Below, one piece after another: positions 48,621 to 60,815 of a DNA stretch of 64,000 nucleotides. Within the stretch, counting starts at the first letter, position 1. Every line of letters begins with the position of its first letter. This stretch comes from an uncultured delta proteobacterium (GTDB lineage: Bacteria; Desulfobacterota; BSN033; UBA1163), in contig CAVPSJ010000013.1 of assembly GCA_963708295.1 (NCBI GenBank), positions 192,001 through 256,000 of the forward strand, written 5' to 3'. Below the pieces are notes generated by a model. It was not told the origin of the DNA. It saw only the letters and a list, made by a program, of their open reading frames with translations, and ran no database searches. The position numbers were made by a program, and so were the translations under genes.

Positions 48621-49934
48621 ATGAAAGAGATTAAGGTGGGTCTGATCGGTTTTGGGACAGTGGGTTCCGGTGTTGCAAGAATCTTGCAGAAAAACTCCAG
48701 GCTGATCGAAAAGCATATGGGTGCCAGGCTCGTCTTGAAACGAATTGCCGACATCGATTTGAAAACCGATCGCGGGGTGAAGGTGAAACCGGGGGTCCTC
48801 ACTCCAAGGGCAGAGGATGTGATCAACGATCCTGAAATCGATATTGTCATGGAGTTGATCGGAGGCGTTGAGCCGGCAAAAACGCTTATTCTGAAGGCCA
48901 TTCGGAATAAAAAGCACATCGTCACGGCGAACAAGGCCCTCCTCGCCCTTCATGGCGATGAGATCTTCGGGGAGGCTCACCGCTATGGAGTGGATGTTAA
49001 CTTTGAAGCCTCGGTCGGTGGGGGTATTCCGCTCATCCGGTCGATCAAAGAAGGTTTGGTTGCCAACCGGATTCATTCGATCTTCGGAATTCTAAACGGG
49101 ACTTCCAACTACATCCTCTCCAAGATGACGGATGAGGGAAGAAATTTTAGGGAGGTTTTGAAAGAAGCCCAAGAGAAGGGATATGCAGAGACAGACCCTA
49201 CCTTTGACATTGAAGGGATCGACACGGCTCACAAGCTTGCGATCCTGGTGCGTCTCGCCTTTGGGAGCCCTCTCCGATTTAAAGAGATATTCATTGGAGG
49301 CATCTCGGAGATCACTCCCTTAGATATTCAATTCAGTCGAGAGTTTGGTTATCGGATTAAGCTCCTGGCCATTGCCAAAATGGAGAAGGGGAGGATAGAG
49401 GCTCATGTTCACCCTACGATGATTCCCGAGGGACATTTGCTTTCAACGGTGGAAGGGGTTTTCAATGCGATTTATGTTAAAGGGGACGCCGTTGGACCCG
49501 TTCTGTTCTACGGTCAGGGGGCAGGGCAAATGCCCACGGGGAGTGCCGTAGTGAGCGATCTGGTCGAACTGGGGAGGAATGTCCTGACGCAAGCCTCCGG
49601 GCGGCGGGTGCCTCTGCTCTCTTTTCAAGAATGGGCTTTAGAGGAAATTCCCCTTAAAAAGATGGATGATGTCGTGATGCCTTTTTATATCCGATTTTCG
49701 GCATTGGATCGACCCAGGGTGCTTTCAAGAATTTCAGGAATCTTAGGCAAGAATGATATTAGCATCTCTGCGGTGAATCAAGAAGGAAGGCAGATTCGTG
49801 GTGCAGTTTCCGTTGTGATGATGACCCATGAGGCCAGAGAAAAGAATGTTCATCGTGCCCTGCAGGAGATTAACCGCCTGGGTGTGATTCTGGGAAAGAC
49901 GGTGTTTATTCGGGTCGTAAACGAACTGGAATAA
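48621..49934 (+). CDS. hom: Homoserine dehydrogenase with C-terminal ACT domain
   Basis: GLIGFGTVGSG, VTANKAL, EASVGGGIP, GILNGTSNYIL, GQGAGQMPTGSAV, DRPRVLSRI. Confidence 0.97.
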   Translation: MKEIKVGLIGFGTVGSGVARILQKNSRLIEKHMGARLVLKRIADIDLKTDRGVKVKPGVLTPRAEDVINDPEIDIVMELIGGVEPAKTLILKAIRNKKHIVTANKALLALHGDEIFGEAHRYGVDVNFEASVGGGIPLIRSIKEGLVANRIHSIFGILNGTSNYILSKMTDEGRNFREVLKEAQEKGYAETDPTFDIEGIDTAHKLAILVRLAFGSPLRFKEIFIGGISEITPLDIQFSREFGYRIKLLAIAKMEKGRIEAHVHPTMIPEGHLLSTVEGVFNAIYVKGDAVGPVLFYGQGAGQMPTGSAVVSDLVELGRNVLTQASGRRVPLLSFQEWALEEIPLKKMDDVVMPFYIRFSALDRPRVLSRISGILGKNDISISAVNQEGRQIRGAVSVVMMTHEAREKNVHRALQEINRLGVILGKTVFIRVVNELE

Positions 49935-50121
49935 GATCTTGGGATTCACGGGACCTAGCCTCAAGGACCCGGACACCGCTATTAGAGTCCCTTAGAACCC
50001 GTTTCACACCCTAATAAAGAGATAGGTTTGAAACCTCTCGACCTTCGATAACCTCCTGAAGTTTTCCCCAACGCAGCAAATACGGATTATTTCATCTTCT
50101 GGAGCGTGCGAAACGGGCTCT

Positions 50122-50590
50122 TCACAACCAATACTGCAATAATCGCGCTAACCATTCTTTCGCCCGTTCGCTAAAGGGTCTTTCTTTCCACTCTTCTAAA
50201 CAGATTTGATGAGAGTTCTCAACATCTTTTTCAAACATTGTTTCCATCTCCGCCGCAAAATCGCGACCCAGGATGACCGCATTCACCTCGTCATTTCTTA
50301 AGAAACTCCATAGATCCATATTGGTCGATCCCACAGTGGACCAGACCGCATCGATGACAGCAGTCTTTGCGTGGAGCATAGCATTCCTACGCTCGTACAA
50401 CTTCACCCCTGATTTCAAGAGGTGCCTATAATGAGAACGGCCCGCATAGAAAACGGACAATTCATCAGTGATGCCCGGAAGGACAATTTTCACATCCACT
50501 CCGCGCCTGGCGGCACCCCGAAGAGCCTTCACGGTCTGCCTGTCTGGGACAAAATAGGAGTTCGTCAGGTGAATAAAATTCTGGGCGCAT
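50122..50590 (-). pseudogene. Cardiolipin synthase (ClsB-like) C-terminal remnant
   Basis: AQNFIHLTNSYFVPD...GVDVKIVLP...LHAKTAVID..WSTVGSTNMD; only the second HKD motif is present and similarity stops at the upstream terminator. Confidence 0.8.
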
Positions 50591-50632
50591 AAAAAATAAT
50601 AAATCCCGGGCCCTTTTCGGAAGAACCCGGGA
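50590..50632 (-). terminator. Rho-independent terminator of the FecR-like gene
   Basis: Minus strand TCCCGGGTTCTTCCGAAAAGGGCCCGGGA followed by TTTATTATTTTTT. Confidence 0.75.
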
Positions 50633-50650
50633 CGGAGTGTGCCTTTCCAA

Positions 50651-52918
50651 TCAGCGCTTATCTTTTTCTTTTGCACCCGTGTGAGGAGCGTTTGAGGGAT
50701 CTCCCTGAGGTCGGCCCTGCGGAGGAGGAGCGGTTGGCTGCCCCACATGCGGCGGAGCGACACCCATATTCCTCTGTAAAGATGGTCCAGCGGGTGCTTT
50801 GGGTGTGGGAGGCACCGGTCTGGTCATCTGAGCAGGGGGAGTGGGCTGCGGTCTACTTGCAGAGGGTGTGAGCATCCTCACCTGTCCAGGAGGATTAAGC
50901 TCCTTCCGCTGCGCAGGAGGTGTACTCGATGGCCCCGGGTGTTGAGGGGCGACACCGAATTCCCGGTGAGTGGAAGGCGCAGAGGTCCCGGCGGTTTGTC
51001 CCTTCTGCGGAGAGGGCGTTACAGTCTCTTTCGTCTGCACCGGAGGTGCGGGTTTGCTCATTTGTCCGGAAGGACCCAACTCCTTTCTCTGCGCGGGAGG
51101 TGTACTCGATGGCCCCGGGTGTTGAGGGGCGACACCGAATTCCCGGTGAGTGGAAGGCGCAGAGGTCCCGGCGGTTTGTCCCTTCTGCGGAGAGGGCGTT
51201 ACAGTCTCTTTCGTCTGCATCGGAGGTGTGGGTTTGCTCATTTGTCCGGAAGGACCCAACTCCTTTCTCTGTGCGGGAGAGGGACTCGATGGGCCCTGGT
51301 GTTGCGGAGCAACTCCGAATTCCCTTTGCGTCGACGGCCCACCAGGTTGTTCGCTCCGTGCAAGGGGTGGACTGACCTCTTTTCTTTCCGCAGGAGCTTT
51401 ACCCGCATCTCCTCTTTGAACTGGAGATTTCCCTGGTTCTGGCTTCTGAACTGAGGTGATCGGCTTTGGCCGTTCGATTCTATTCACACGCATCGACGTC
51501 GCCCGCTCACCCGGCTTGAATACAGAAATATCGTTATGAACAGCAACCGGTCTATTTCTAATCTTCTCTGCCCTTGTTACGATCTCCCTTGAGGGTAATT
51601 TCTTTTCCGCAACGACCCTGGTAGGATTTGGAAAAGCGGTTGCTCTGTCAGGTTTAATATCAGGCCTCCCAATGGATGGTTTCACCCCGGCCGTAAATGG
51701 ATTTTTGGGAGCATCCATCACTCTTTCAGCTCTACCGGTGATGAAAGTTCGACGATTCACCACGGTCACCGCATTCACAACCTTAGCATTCACATGGACA
51801 TTGGTGATATTGATCCTGTTGATATTCACATTTGTAATATTCACGCTATGAGGTCCGTAATAGCCGTGTCCGTAGTAGATTTCCCTCGGAGCAAGTGGAA
51901 CCCATGAGACGTAGGTCGGAGTATTGATCCACGCGACAAATCCAGGACCCCAATAGACAGCCGTCGATGGGGGTGGTACCCAACACCAGCCGGTCTCCCG
52001 GATGAATGCCCATCGTCCGTAATGATAAGGAACCCAGCCCCACGGTTCATAGGACACCCAGACATAGTCGCCTCCAATCCAGCACCATCTTCCTACGCGG
52101 TATGGAGCCCAATCAGCGACCACTCCGACCGGGGTCCACACATAGCCGTAATCAGCCGTATTTATCCAGCGACCATGGACATCCAAATCATTGCTGTTGA
52201 AGCCGAGGGGTGCTGGCAGATACCGTCTGCTTTCCCCCGCTCGTGCCAGGGCAGAATCTCTTGACAGGTTCCAGCTTACCCAGGAATCCTCCGGCCTCAT
52301 AGCGGAGAGCTCGGCATTCTGATTCGAATCTATCGAGAGCATGGTGCCTGCTCCAACCTGAGTTTCCCCATTTTGACCCTGGACATAAACACTGCCACGA
52401 TGAACAGAGACTTCGGTCGTTCCGTCGCTATAGGTGTCCACCTGAAACTTAGAAGGTTCATACGCCATGATCGAGGTGACTGGGGTATCGACTTGAAATA
52501 CCGAGTCTCGAACGTCCGAACCTGCATAGTTTATGTATGATCTTCCCTGAGGAACTCCAACTTGGATCACGTCGCCGTTGCTTCCCATGCTAAGATTCGT
52601 AATATCCACTTCAGTATTTTCACTCGCTCGCAAAGAAGAGCCGCCAAAAAACTGGATCTCTGAGCGCCCATTTTCCGGATCCCAGATCTTTGTTCCCGAT
52701 ATCAGAGGAGTATTGATAGCTGCCGCTCCCCATTCGCTTCCGGTATCTTCCGTTTGAATGGCAACGTCACCCTGCATCAGGCTCAATCTTGCATCGCCAA
52801 GGGCTTGAGCTCGCTCGGATGGGGACGAAGGCAGCGCCACGGCGAATCGGACCGGTACAAATGAGATAAACACCCAGGACAAAAAGATCAATCCACTCAG
52901 TCTGACTAATTTTCTCAT
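50651..52918 (-). CDS. Exported FecR-domain / DUF6600-like protein with a Pro-rich repetitive tail
   Basis: Signal peptide; FecR-like beta domain; WAPYRVGRW..WVSYEPWGWVPYHYGRW..WCWVP..WVPLAPRE motif; low-complexity P/Q/S/T C-terminus. Confidence 0.82.
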   Translation of the reverse strand: MRKLVRLSGLIFLSWVFISFVPVRFAVALPSSPSERAQALGDARLSLMQGDVAIQTEDTGSEWGAAAINTPLISGTKIWDPENGRSEIQFFGGSSLRASENTEVDITNLSMGSNGDVIQVGVPQGRSYINYAGSDVRDSVFQVDTPVTSIMAYEPSKFQVDTYSDGTTEVSVHRGSVYVQGQNGETQVGAGTMLSIDSNQNAELSAMRPEDSWVSWNLSRDSALARAGESRRYLPAPLGFNSNDLDVHGRWINTADYGYVWTPVGVVADWAPYRVGRWCWIGGDYVWVSYEPWGWVPYHYGRWAFIRETGWCWVPPPSTAVYWGPGFVAWINTPTYVSWVPLAPREIYYGHGYYGPHSVNITNVNINRINITNVHVNAKVVNAVTVVNRRTFITGRAERVMDAPKNPFTAGVKPSIGRPDIKPDRATAFPNPTRVVAEKKLPSREIVTRAEKIRNRPVAVHNDISVFKPGERATSMRVNRIERPKPITSVQKPEPGKSPVQRGDAGKAPAERKEVSPPLARSEQPGGPSTQREFGVAPQHQGPSSPSPAQRKELGPSGQMSKPTPPMQTKETVTPSPQKGQTAGTSAPSTHREFGVAPQHPGPSSTPPAQRKELGPSGQMSKPAPPVQTKETVTPSPQKGQTAGTSAPSTHREFGVAPQHPGPSSTPPAQRKELNPPGQVRMLTPSASRPQPTPPAQMTRPVPPTPKAPAGPSLQRNMGVAPPHVGQPTAPPPQGRPQGDPSNAPHTGAKEKDKR
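50900..51324. repeat. 180-bp intragenic tandem repeat (~2.3 copies)
   Basis: 50941-51000 is identical to 51121-51180, and 51001-51090 is nearly identical to 51181-51270; encodes a 60-aa repeat. Confidence 0.95.
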
Positions 52919-52999
52919 CAATAAAGCACCTCCTTTCCCGTAACACTTCTTCCTTTTTCTTCTTCTTTATTGGGTTAGACGGAAAAGGTAGAAAAAAAT

Positions 53000-53167
53000 T
53001 CAAGTCCAGGGTTGATGATTCGCGGGAAGATTGGATTGCTGGAGCGAAGAGTGTCTGTGCCAATGCCCACGATGGTGATAACCTCCGTCCCTAACAAAAA
53101 CGGCGCAGCCGGATAAGAAAAATAAAACTGAAATGATCGTCAATATATTAGAAAATCGATTGCTCAT
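53000..53167 (-). CDS. Small His-rich lipoprotein
   Basis: MSNRFSNILTIISVLFFLSGC lipobox followed by GGYHHRGHWHRH; AAGGAG RBS. Confidence 0.6.
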   Translation of the reverse strand: MSNRFSNILTIISVLFFLSGCAVFVRDGGYHHRGHWHRHSSLQQSNLPANHQPWT

Positions 53168-53479
53168 ACGATCATCTCCTTTCGGAAACACTTTATCAAC
53201 CTGCCGGCTTCAATTTCAGCCTTAATAAAATTGTTAATCATCGACAAATGGAATTTTAAGCGTCTTCGGTCGAAGGCTATGATATTATTAGAAATAATGT
53301 TTAGGGTGATTCGCATGAAGAAAGAATTAGGCCAGAAAATCTTACCTCTCTCGGTTTTGTCTGTAGGAGGCAAATGTAAGTATGAAGATTTCACAATTTC
53401 TATTCGGGGCGTCGGCCCCGGAAGAATTAAAAAGTTTCTAAGGAACCTTGAAAAATAGTTGATGTCAAGATAAAGTTGA

Positions 53480-54664
53480 GTGGTCGTTATTAAGGCTTGG
53501 GCAGGAAAAATTCCTGAGAAGGTTCGGAGGATTATTCTGAAGACCGCCTTCGTCTACACAGATGCTTATCTCAATTATGATTACGGGCCTACCCATCCCT
53601 TTCGGATCATCCGGCTCAAATTGACTCACGATCTGATCAAAGCTTATGGCCTCCTAGCCCTCCCCTCCGTTCAATCCATTTCGGCGATTCAAGCTGAAGA
53701 GAAAGATTTGGCCGCTTTCCACGGGGAGGAATACCTGAGTATATTGAAGCATGCAAACGGCGGACGTCTAACGGGGAATGCTTGTTTCCTTGGGCTGGGA
53801 CCAGGGGATAACCCCATTTTCCCGGGAGTCTATGATTTTTCACTTCTGGTGACTGGAGCGACTCTTCAGGCAGTTGATTTTGTAGCTGATGGAAAAGGGG
53901 ATGTCGCTTTTAATATCGCCGGAGGTCTTCACCATGCGATGAAGTCACGGGCTTCCGGATTCTGTTATATCAATGATCCTGTGATCGGAATCATGAGACT
54001 GTTGAGCCGGGGGAAGAGGGTGGCTTATATTGATATCGATGCTCATCACGGAGATGGGGTGCAAAGGGCGTTTTACGAGACCAATCAGGTTCTCACCATC
54101 TCGCTCCATGAGACCGGACACACGCTGTTTCCAGGAACGGGCTTTGAGCATGAGATCGGAGAAGGGGAGGGAGAGGGGTATGCTGTCAATCTTCCTTTCC
54201 CTCATGAAACGGACGATGACGTCTATGTTTGGGCCTTTGAGGAAGTCGTTCCCGAACTCATCCACGCCTTCAATCCGGATGTCGTGGTGACTCAATTGGG
54301 GGTCGATACGTTTTATAATGATCCTCTGACAAACCTTCATTTATCCATTTTTGGGTATGAAAGGGTTCTTAAGAAGATCAAGGAGCTGGCACCACGATGG
54401 GTTGCGTTAGGGGGAGGGGGGTACAATATCTCTAATGTCGCACGTGCCTGGACATTGGCCTGGGCGGTGATGAATGGGGTCGAGTTGAGAGAGGACCTTC
54501 CAGAGTCTTTTTCCAAAGAAGCAGAAAAAACGGGAGTAAGAGAGAGAGAGTTAAGGGGAAGCCCGGAAAATTCTCCGCCTAGTCTGAATGAGGAGAACAG
54601 GCGGGAGATGGAAAGAGTCGTCCATCATATAAAAGAGAAGGTTTTTCCGAAGGTTAAACACTAA
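53480..54664 (+). CDS. acuC: Acetoin utilization protein AcuC / histone-deacetylase-family deacetylase
   Basis: YDYGPTHPF, GGLHHA, SGFCYIND, DIDAHHGDGVQ, FPGTG, LGGGGY. The true start may be CTG 53537, after GGAGG. Confidence 0.9.
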   Translation: MVVIKAWAGKIPEKVRRIILKTAFVYTDAYLNYDYGPTHPFRIIRLKLTHDLIKAYGLLALPSVQSISAIQAEEKDLAAFHGEEYLSILKHANGGRLTGNACFLGLGPGDNPIFPGVYDFSLLVTGATLQAVDFVADGKGDVAFNIAGGLHHAMKSRASGFCYINDPVIGIMRLLSRGKRVAYIDIDAHHGDGVQRAFYETNQVLTISLHETGHTLFPGTGFEHEIGEGEGEGYAVNLPFPHETDDDVYVWAFEEVVPELIHAFNPDVVVTQLGVDTFYNDPLTNLHLSIFGYERVLKKIKELAPRWVALGGGGYNISNVARAWTLAWAVMNGVELREDLPESFSKEAEKTGVRERELRGSPENSPPSLNEENRREMERVVHHIKEKVFPKVKH

Positions 54665-54688
54665 TCTTGGAACTCCCTCCCTGAAATT

Positions 54689-54704
54689 TGGCACGCCTTT
54701 TGCT
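54689..54704 (+). promoter_or_regulatory. Putative sigma-54 promoter upstream of apgM
   Basis: TGGCACGCCTTTTGCT, an exact match to TGGCACG-N4-TTGCW. Confidence 0.6.
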
Positions 54705-54774
54705 TTCTATGGGCCATTTCCATTTGACATTTGTAAGTTTTTAGTATATTTAGAAATTTCGGGGATGGCAGGAA

Positions 54775-56019
54775 ATGTCTGAAATGGTGAAATATGTTAT
54801 TCTTGTCGGGGACGGCATGGCGGATTATCCGGTGGAGAGATTGGGAGGGAGGACTCCACTGATGGCAGCCCGAACCCCGAACATGGATTGGATGGCGAAT
54901 CAAGGGGAGATCGGCCTTGTCAGGACCGTTCCTTTCGGGTTTAACCCGGGTAGCGAGATTGCTAACCTTTCTATTTTTGGGTATGATCCTGCCCGCTATT
55001 ATACCGGGAGAGGGCCTCTTGAAGCTGCTAGCCTCCATGTCAATCTTACAGCTGTCGATATAGCCTTTCGATGCAATCTGATTACCCTGAAGTTCCAGGG
55101 AAATGAAATCGTGATGGAAGATTTCTCTGCCGGGCACATTTCCAATGAGGAGGCAAGGAAAATCATCGCCGACTTAAACAAAGAGATGGGAACGAATGAG
55201 ATTCAATTCCATGCAGGAGTGAGCTATCGGCATTTGATGGTCCTAAAGAATGGAGTGGCCAAATTCACAAACCTGGAGAAACTGGAACTTACACCCCCTC
55301 ACGACATCATCGGCAAGGAAATATCCCCCTTCTTACCCAAAACGGAGGAACCCGTCCTGAGGCTGACGAAGGAGTCTCACAGGCTTCTCAAGAGTCACCC
55401 TGTCAATGAGGCCCGTAAAGCCAAAGGGCTCCCTCCTGCCAATTCCATTTGGCTCTGGGGGCAGGGATGTTCACCCCGCATGGTGACTCTTAAGGAACGG
55501 TTCGGGATGGATGGCTATGTGATCTCGGCAGTCCACCTGATCAAGGGGATTGGCATGTTAGCAGGCCTGGAAGTGCTGGAGGTCCCCGGGGCCACAGGAT
55601 TCTTTGATACCAATTATGATGGGAAGGCTCAATATGCTCTGAGAGGTTTAAGGGAAAAGGATTTTGTTTATGTCCACGTCGAAGCCCCGGACGAAGCAGG
55701 CCACATGGGGGATCTTCAAGTGAAGATGGATGCCATCGAGGCCTTTGACGAGAAGATCGTCGGGGCGATCTTGGAAGGGATGAAGCATTTCGAACAGTAT
55801 AAGGTCCTGGTCCTGCCCGACCATCCGACGCCCCTTTCCGTCAGGTCGCACACCGTCGATCCGGTTCCGTACGTTATTTATTCCAGCGAAGACGGGGTCC
55901 ATTCCGCACACGGAAAGGGAAAGAGGTTTGATGAACTTTCGGCGGGGCAGTCCGGAATCTTCATTGAGAAGGGTCATCAATTGATCGAAAGATTTTTTGA
56001 GCCCCGTGCTTTGTGTTGA
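54775..56019 (+). CDS. apgM: Cofactor-independent phosphoglycerate mutase, ApgM type
   Basis: GDGMAD, PGSEIANLS, GRGPLEAA, VHVEAPDEAGH, PDHPTP. Confidence 0.9.
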   Translation: MSEMVKYVILVGDGMADYPVERLGGRTPLMAARTPNMDWMANQGEIGLVRTVPFGFNPGSEIANLSIFGYDPARYYTGRGPLEAASLHVNLTAVDIAFRCNLITLKFQGNEIVMEDFSAGHISNEEARKIIADLNKEMGTNEIQFHAGVSYRHLMVLKNGVAKFTNLEKLELTPPHDIIGKEISPFLPKTEEPVLRLTKESHRLLKSHPVNEARKAKGLPPANSIWLWGQGCSPRMVTLKERFGMDGYVISAVHLIKGIGMLAGLEVLEVPGATGFFDTNYDGKAQYALRGLREKDFVYVHVEAPDEAGHMGDLQVKMDAIEAFDEKIVGAILEGMKHFEQYKVLVLPDHPTPLSVRSHTVDPVPYVIYSSEDGVHSAHGKGKRFDELSAGQSGIFIEKGHQLIERFFEPRALC

Positions 56020-56029
56020 AGGAAGGTAG

Positions 56030-57730
<1,701 letters not shown>

Positions 57731-57752
57731 ACAAAGAAGAGAGGACAAAGGA

Positions 57753-58721
57753 TTGGATATTCTGAAGGAGGCCAGGCGAGTCTTAAAGGTCGAGGCCCAA
57801 TCCCTTCTCGATTTGGCAGAACGGATTGACGACAATTTTTCACGCGCGGTCGAGTTGCTCTATCACTGTAAGGGGAAAGTAGTGGTCATGGGCATGGGAA
57901 AATCGGGGCTCGTAGGCCGGAAGATCTCCTCCACATTCGCCAGCACAGGAACCCCATCCTTTTTCCTTCATCCCGCAGAAGGAGTGAATGGCGACTTTGG
58001 GATGTTGGCGAAGGAGGATGTGATCATCGCCATCTCCAAAAGCGGGGAAACTCGAGAGCTTTTAGAGGTTCTGCCTCTGATCAAGCGATACGGAAATCGA
58101 TTGATCACGTTCACTGGAAACATCGACTCTCGCCTGGCAAGGGCGGGAGATGTTACGCTTGATATTCGTGTGAAAGAGGAAGCCTGTCCTTTGAATTTGG
58201 CTCCCACGACCAGTACCACAGCCACCCTTGCTCTGGGAGATGCTTTAGCCATCGCTCTCATGGGGAAGCGGGATTTCAAGAAAGAAGATTTTGCCATGCT
58301 CCACCCGGGCGGGGCATTGGGGAAGAGGCTCCTTCTCAAGGTGGAAGACCTGATGCACGCGGGAAAGGCCTTTCCGATGGTATCCGAAAGAACGCTGATG
58401 AAAGAGGCCATCTTTGAGATTACTTCAAAAAGATTAGGGGTGACGGGAGTCTGCAACGCGGAAGGGTATTTGGTGGGGGTGATTACGGACGGGGATCTGA
58501 GGCGAGCTTTAGAAAAATTCAGCGATCTCTTTGAGCGAGAAACTTCTGAAGTGATGACGAAAAACCCAAAATGGATTGAAAAAGACGAGCTGGCGGCGAG
58601 GGCCGTGCAGCGGATGGAGGAGTATTCGATTACTTCCCTTTTTGTCTTCGAAAAAGCAGGGGACAAAATACCCAGGGGGATTATTCATCTTCATGATCTT
58701 CTAAAAGCGGGCGTCGTGTGA
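57753..58721 (+). CDS. kdsD: Arabinose-5-phosphate isomerase (KpsF/GutQ, SIS plus two CBS domains)
   Basis: GMGKSG, STGTP, EACPLNLAPTTST, HPGGALG, GVITDGDLRR, HLHDLL. Confidence 0.93.
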   Translation: MDILKEARRVLKVEAQSLLDLAERIDDNFSRAVELLYHCKGKVVVMGMGKSGLVGRKISSTFASTGTPSFFLHPAEGVNGDFGMLAKEDVIIAISKSGETRELLEVLPLIKRYGNRLITFTGNIDSRLARAGDVTLDIRVKEEACPLNLAPTTSTTATLALGDALAIALMGKRDFKKEDFAMLHPGGALGKRLLLKVEDLMHAGKAFPMVSERTLMKEAIFEITSKRLGVTGVCNAEGYLVGVITDGDLRRALEKFSDLFERETSEVMTKNPKWIEKDELAARAVQRMEEYSITSLFVFEKAGDKIPRGIIHLHDLLKAGVV

Positions 58722-58791
58722 CAAGCTCAAAGCTCGAGGGCGACGATATTCCGTTAAAACTTTCAACATTGAGCCTTGAGCAGGATAGTTA

Positions 58792-59358
58792 ATGATGAGA
58801 AAAACGAAGATCGTCATCTTATTATTGATCGTGTTGATCGGAGGCGTGGTTCTGGTCAGTCTTCGAGCAAACCTTCGGTCGAGAAAGGCTTCGGAAGCCG
58901 TGGAGAAGGTGTCCACCCAAGGGGCGGACATGCAACTGAAAAAGATTCGGTTTGTGGAGGATAAACAGGGTCAGAAGACTTGGGAATTGGAGGCAGAATC
59001 TGTCAACCAGTACCAGGAACAGAACATCCTGGTCCTGGAGGACGTGAAGCTCACCTTTTATGCGAAAGAGGGACGAATCATCTATCTTACCGGGAAACAA
59101 GGGAAGGTATACCAGGACTCGAAAAATGTGGACTTGACGGGGGATGTAGTGCTCACCTCGAGTGACGGATATCAGCTCAAGACCCATTCCGCTTCCTATC
59201 GCCATTCGGAGAAGGTGGTGACTACCTCCGATCCTGTGGAGATCGACGGGGAGCAGATTCAATTAACGGGTAAGGGGATGCTCGTCAATGTGGAAGCCAA
59301 GACGTTTAAGATTCTCAGTCAGGTGAAGACCCACCTGAGAGGGAGAAAAAAGATATGA
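58792..59358 (+). CDS. lptC: LPS export protein LptC
   Basis: N-terminal TM plus beta-jellyroll (WELEAES, LTGDVVL, LTGKGM); lies between kdsD and lptA. Confidence 0.88.
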   Translation: MMRKTKIVILLLIVLIGGVVLVSLRANLRSRKASEAVEKVSTQGADMQLKKIRFVEDKQGQKTWELEAESVNQYQEQNILVLEDVKLTFYAKEGRIIYLTGKQGKVYQDSKNVDLTGDVVLTSSDGYQLKTHSASYRHSEKVVTTSDPVEIDGEQIQLTGKGMLVNVEAKTFKILSQVKTHLRGRKKI

Positions 59359-59933
59359 ACCGGAGCGGGAGAGTCGGTTTACTCGTCATTCTGCTCTCCC
59401 TTTTTCTCATTTTCATTTCGGAGGCGCAGGAAAAATCAGTAAAGGGTGGAGAGAGGGCGCTGAATGTCGGCAAGGGGTTTGGATTTACTGCCAGCCGTTC
59501 CCCCATCGATATCACCTCAGACACGGTGGAGGCAGACGGGAAACAGAACACGGCGACATTCAAGGGAAATGTGGTAGCCAAACAGGAAGACGTGACGCTT
59601 TATGCCCATACACTCCTCATCATCTATGATCCTGACACGAAAAAGCTGAAGGAGATTGTGGCGACGGGCAACGTCAAGGTCGTCCAACTGGACCGCCGGG
59701 CAACCGGCCAAAAAATGACCTTTGATCAGGATAAGAACAAAGTGGTTCTGGACGGAGATGCAGTGGTTCGTGAAGGAATGAATGTCATTCGGGGAGAGCG
59801 AATCACCTTCTACGTCGAGGAGGAAAGAAGCGTGGTGGAGCCGACAAAAGGGGGGCGTGTCAGCACGAGCATTACTCCCCCGGCCAAAGAGGAAGGGGAA
59901 GAGAAAAAACCGAAAGAGGGGAAGAAAAAATAG
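59355..59933 (+). CDS. lptA: LPS transport periplasmic protein LptA
   Basis: Signal peptide; PIDITSD, FKGNVVAKQ, ATGNVKV, GERITF. Confidence 0.9.
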   Translation: MNRSGRVGLLVILLSLFLIFISEAQEKSVKGGERALNVGKGFGFTASRSPIDITSDTVEADGKQNTATFKGNVVAKQEDVTLYAHTLLIIYDPDTKKLKEIVATGNVKVVQLDRRATGQKMTFDQDKNKVVLDGDAVVREGMNVIRGERITFYVEEERSVVEPTKGGRVSTSITPPAKEEGEEKKPKEGKKK

Positions 59934-59945
59934 TTTTGAGTGATG

Positions 59946-60004
59946 CGTTCGAAGTCAAGAGTTAGAACAAAGATGTAAAAAATGAACACTCCGAACCCCG
60001 AACG
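59946..60004. repeat. Short 7-nt-period inverted-repeat element
   Basis: CGTTCGAAGTCAAGAGTT ... AACACTCCGAACCCCGAACG between lptA and lptB. Confidence 0.5.
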
Positions 60005-60020
60005 GTCAGCAGGGAGAAAG

Positions 60021-60815
60021 ATGCCGCATATTTTATGTGAGAATTTAACGAAGTCTTTTCGTCGTAAGAAAGTGGTGGATTGCGTGAATATCAAGATCCA
60101 GGGCGGAGAAGTCGTGGGATTACTGGGACCGAATGGGGCAGGAAAGACCACCACGTTTTACATGATCGTCGGGCTGTATCAACCTAATGGCGGGAAGATC
60201 TATCTCAACGACGAAGAGATTACTTCCCTTCCAATGTATTTGCGGGCGCGAAAGGGGATTGGATACCTTCCTCAGGAGCCGTCGGTTTTCAGAAAACTGA
60301 CGACCGAAGAGAATCTGATGGCGATTTTGGAGACACTCCCTCTCTCCCACGGGGAGCGAAAAAAACGGTTGGAGAAATTCTTGGAGGAATTGGGGCTTAC
60401 CTCCCTGCGTAAACAAAAGGCTTATGTTCTTTCAGGAGGAGAGCGCAGGCGCGTGGAGATTACGCGAGCCCTGGTGCTCTCGCCTTCTTTCATCCTATTA
60501 GATGAACCTTTTTCCGGGATTGATCCGATCGCCGTGTTAGATATTCAGGCCATCATCCGCCAATTGAAATCAAAAGGAATTGGGATTATAATAACAGATC
60601 ACAACGTTCGAGAAACATTGGGCGTTTGTGATCGAGCGTATATCCTCAACGAAGGACGAATCTTGGAAGAAGGAATTCCCGAAAAGATTGCTCAGAGCGA
60701 GAAGGCAAGAAAGATCTATTTGGGGGATGGGTTCGAGTTGGGGGGAAGGCGCCGCAGCGAGGAAGATAAGAAAAAGGAGATAGGTCTCCCGGCATCAGGG
60801 AGATATAGGAGTGAG
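60021..60815 (+). CDS. lptB: LPS export ABC ATPase LptB (no stop before rpoN in this sequence)
   Basis: GPNGAGKTT, YLPQEPSVF, LSGGERRR, LLDEPFSGIDP, TDHNVRETL, YLGDGF. Confidence 0.95.
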
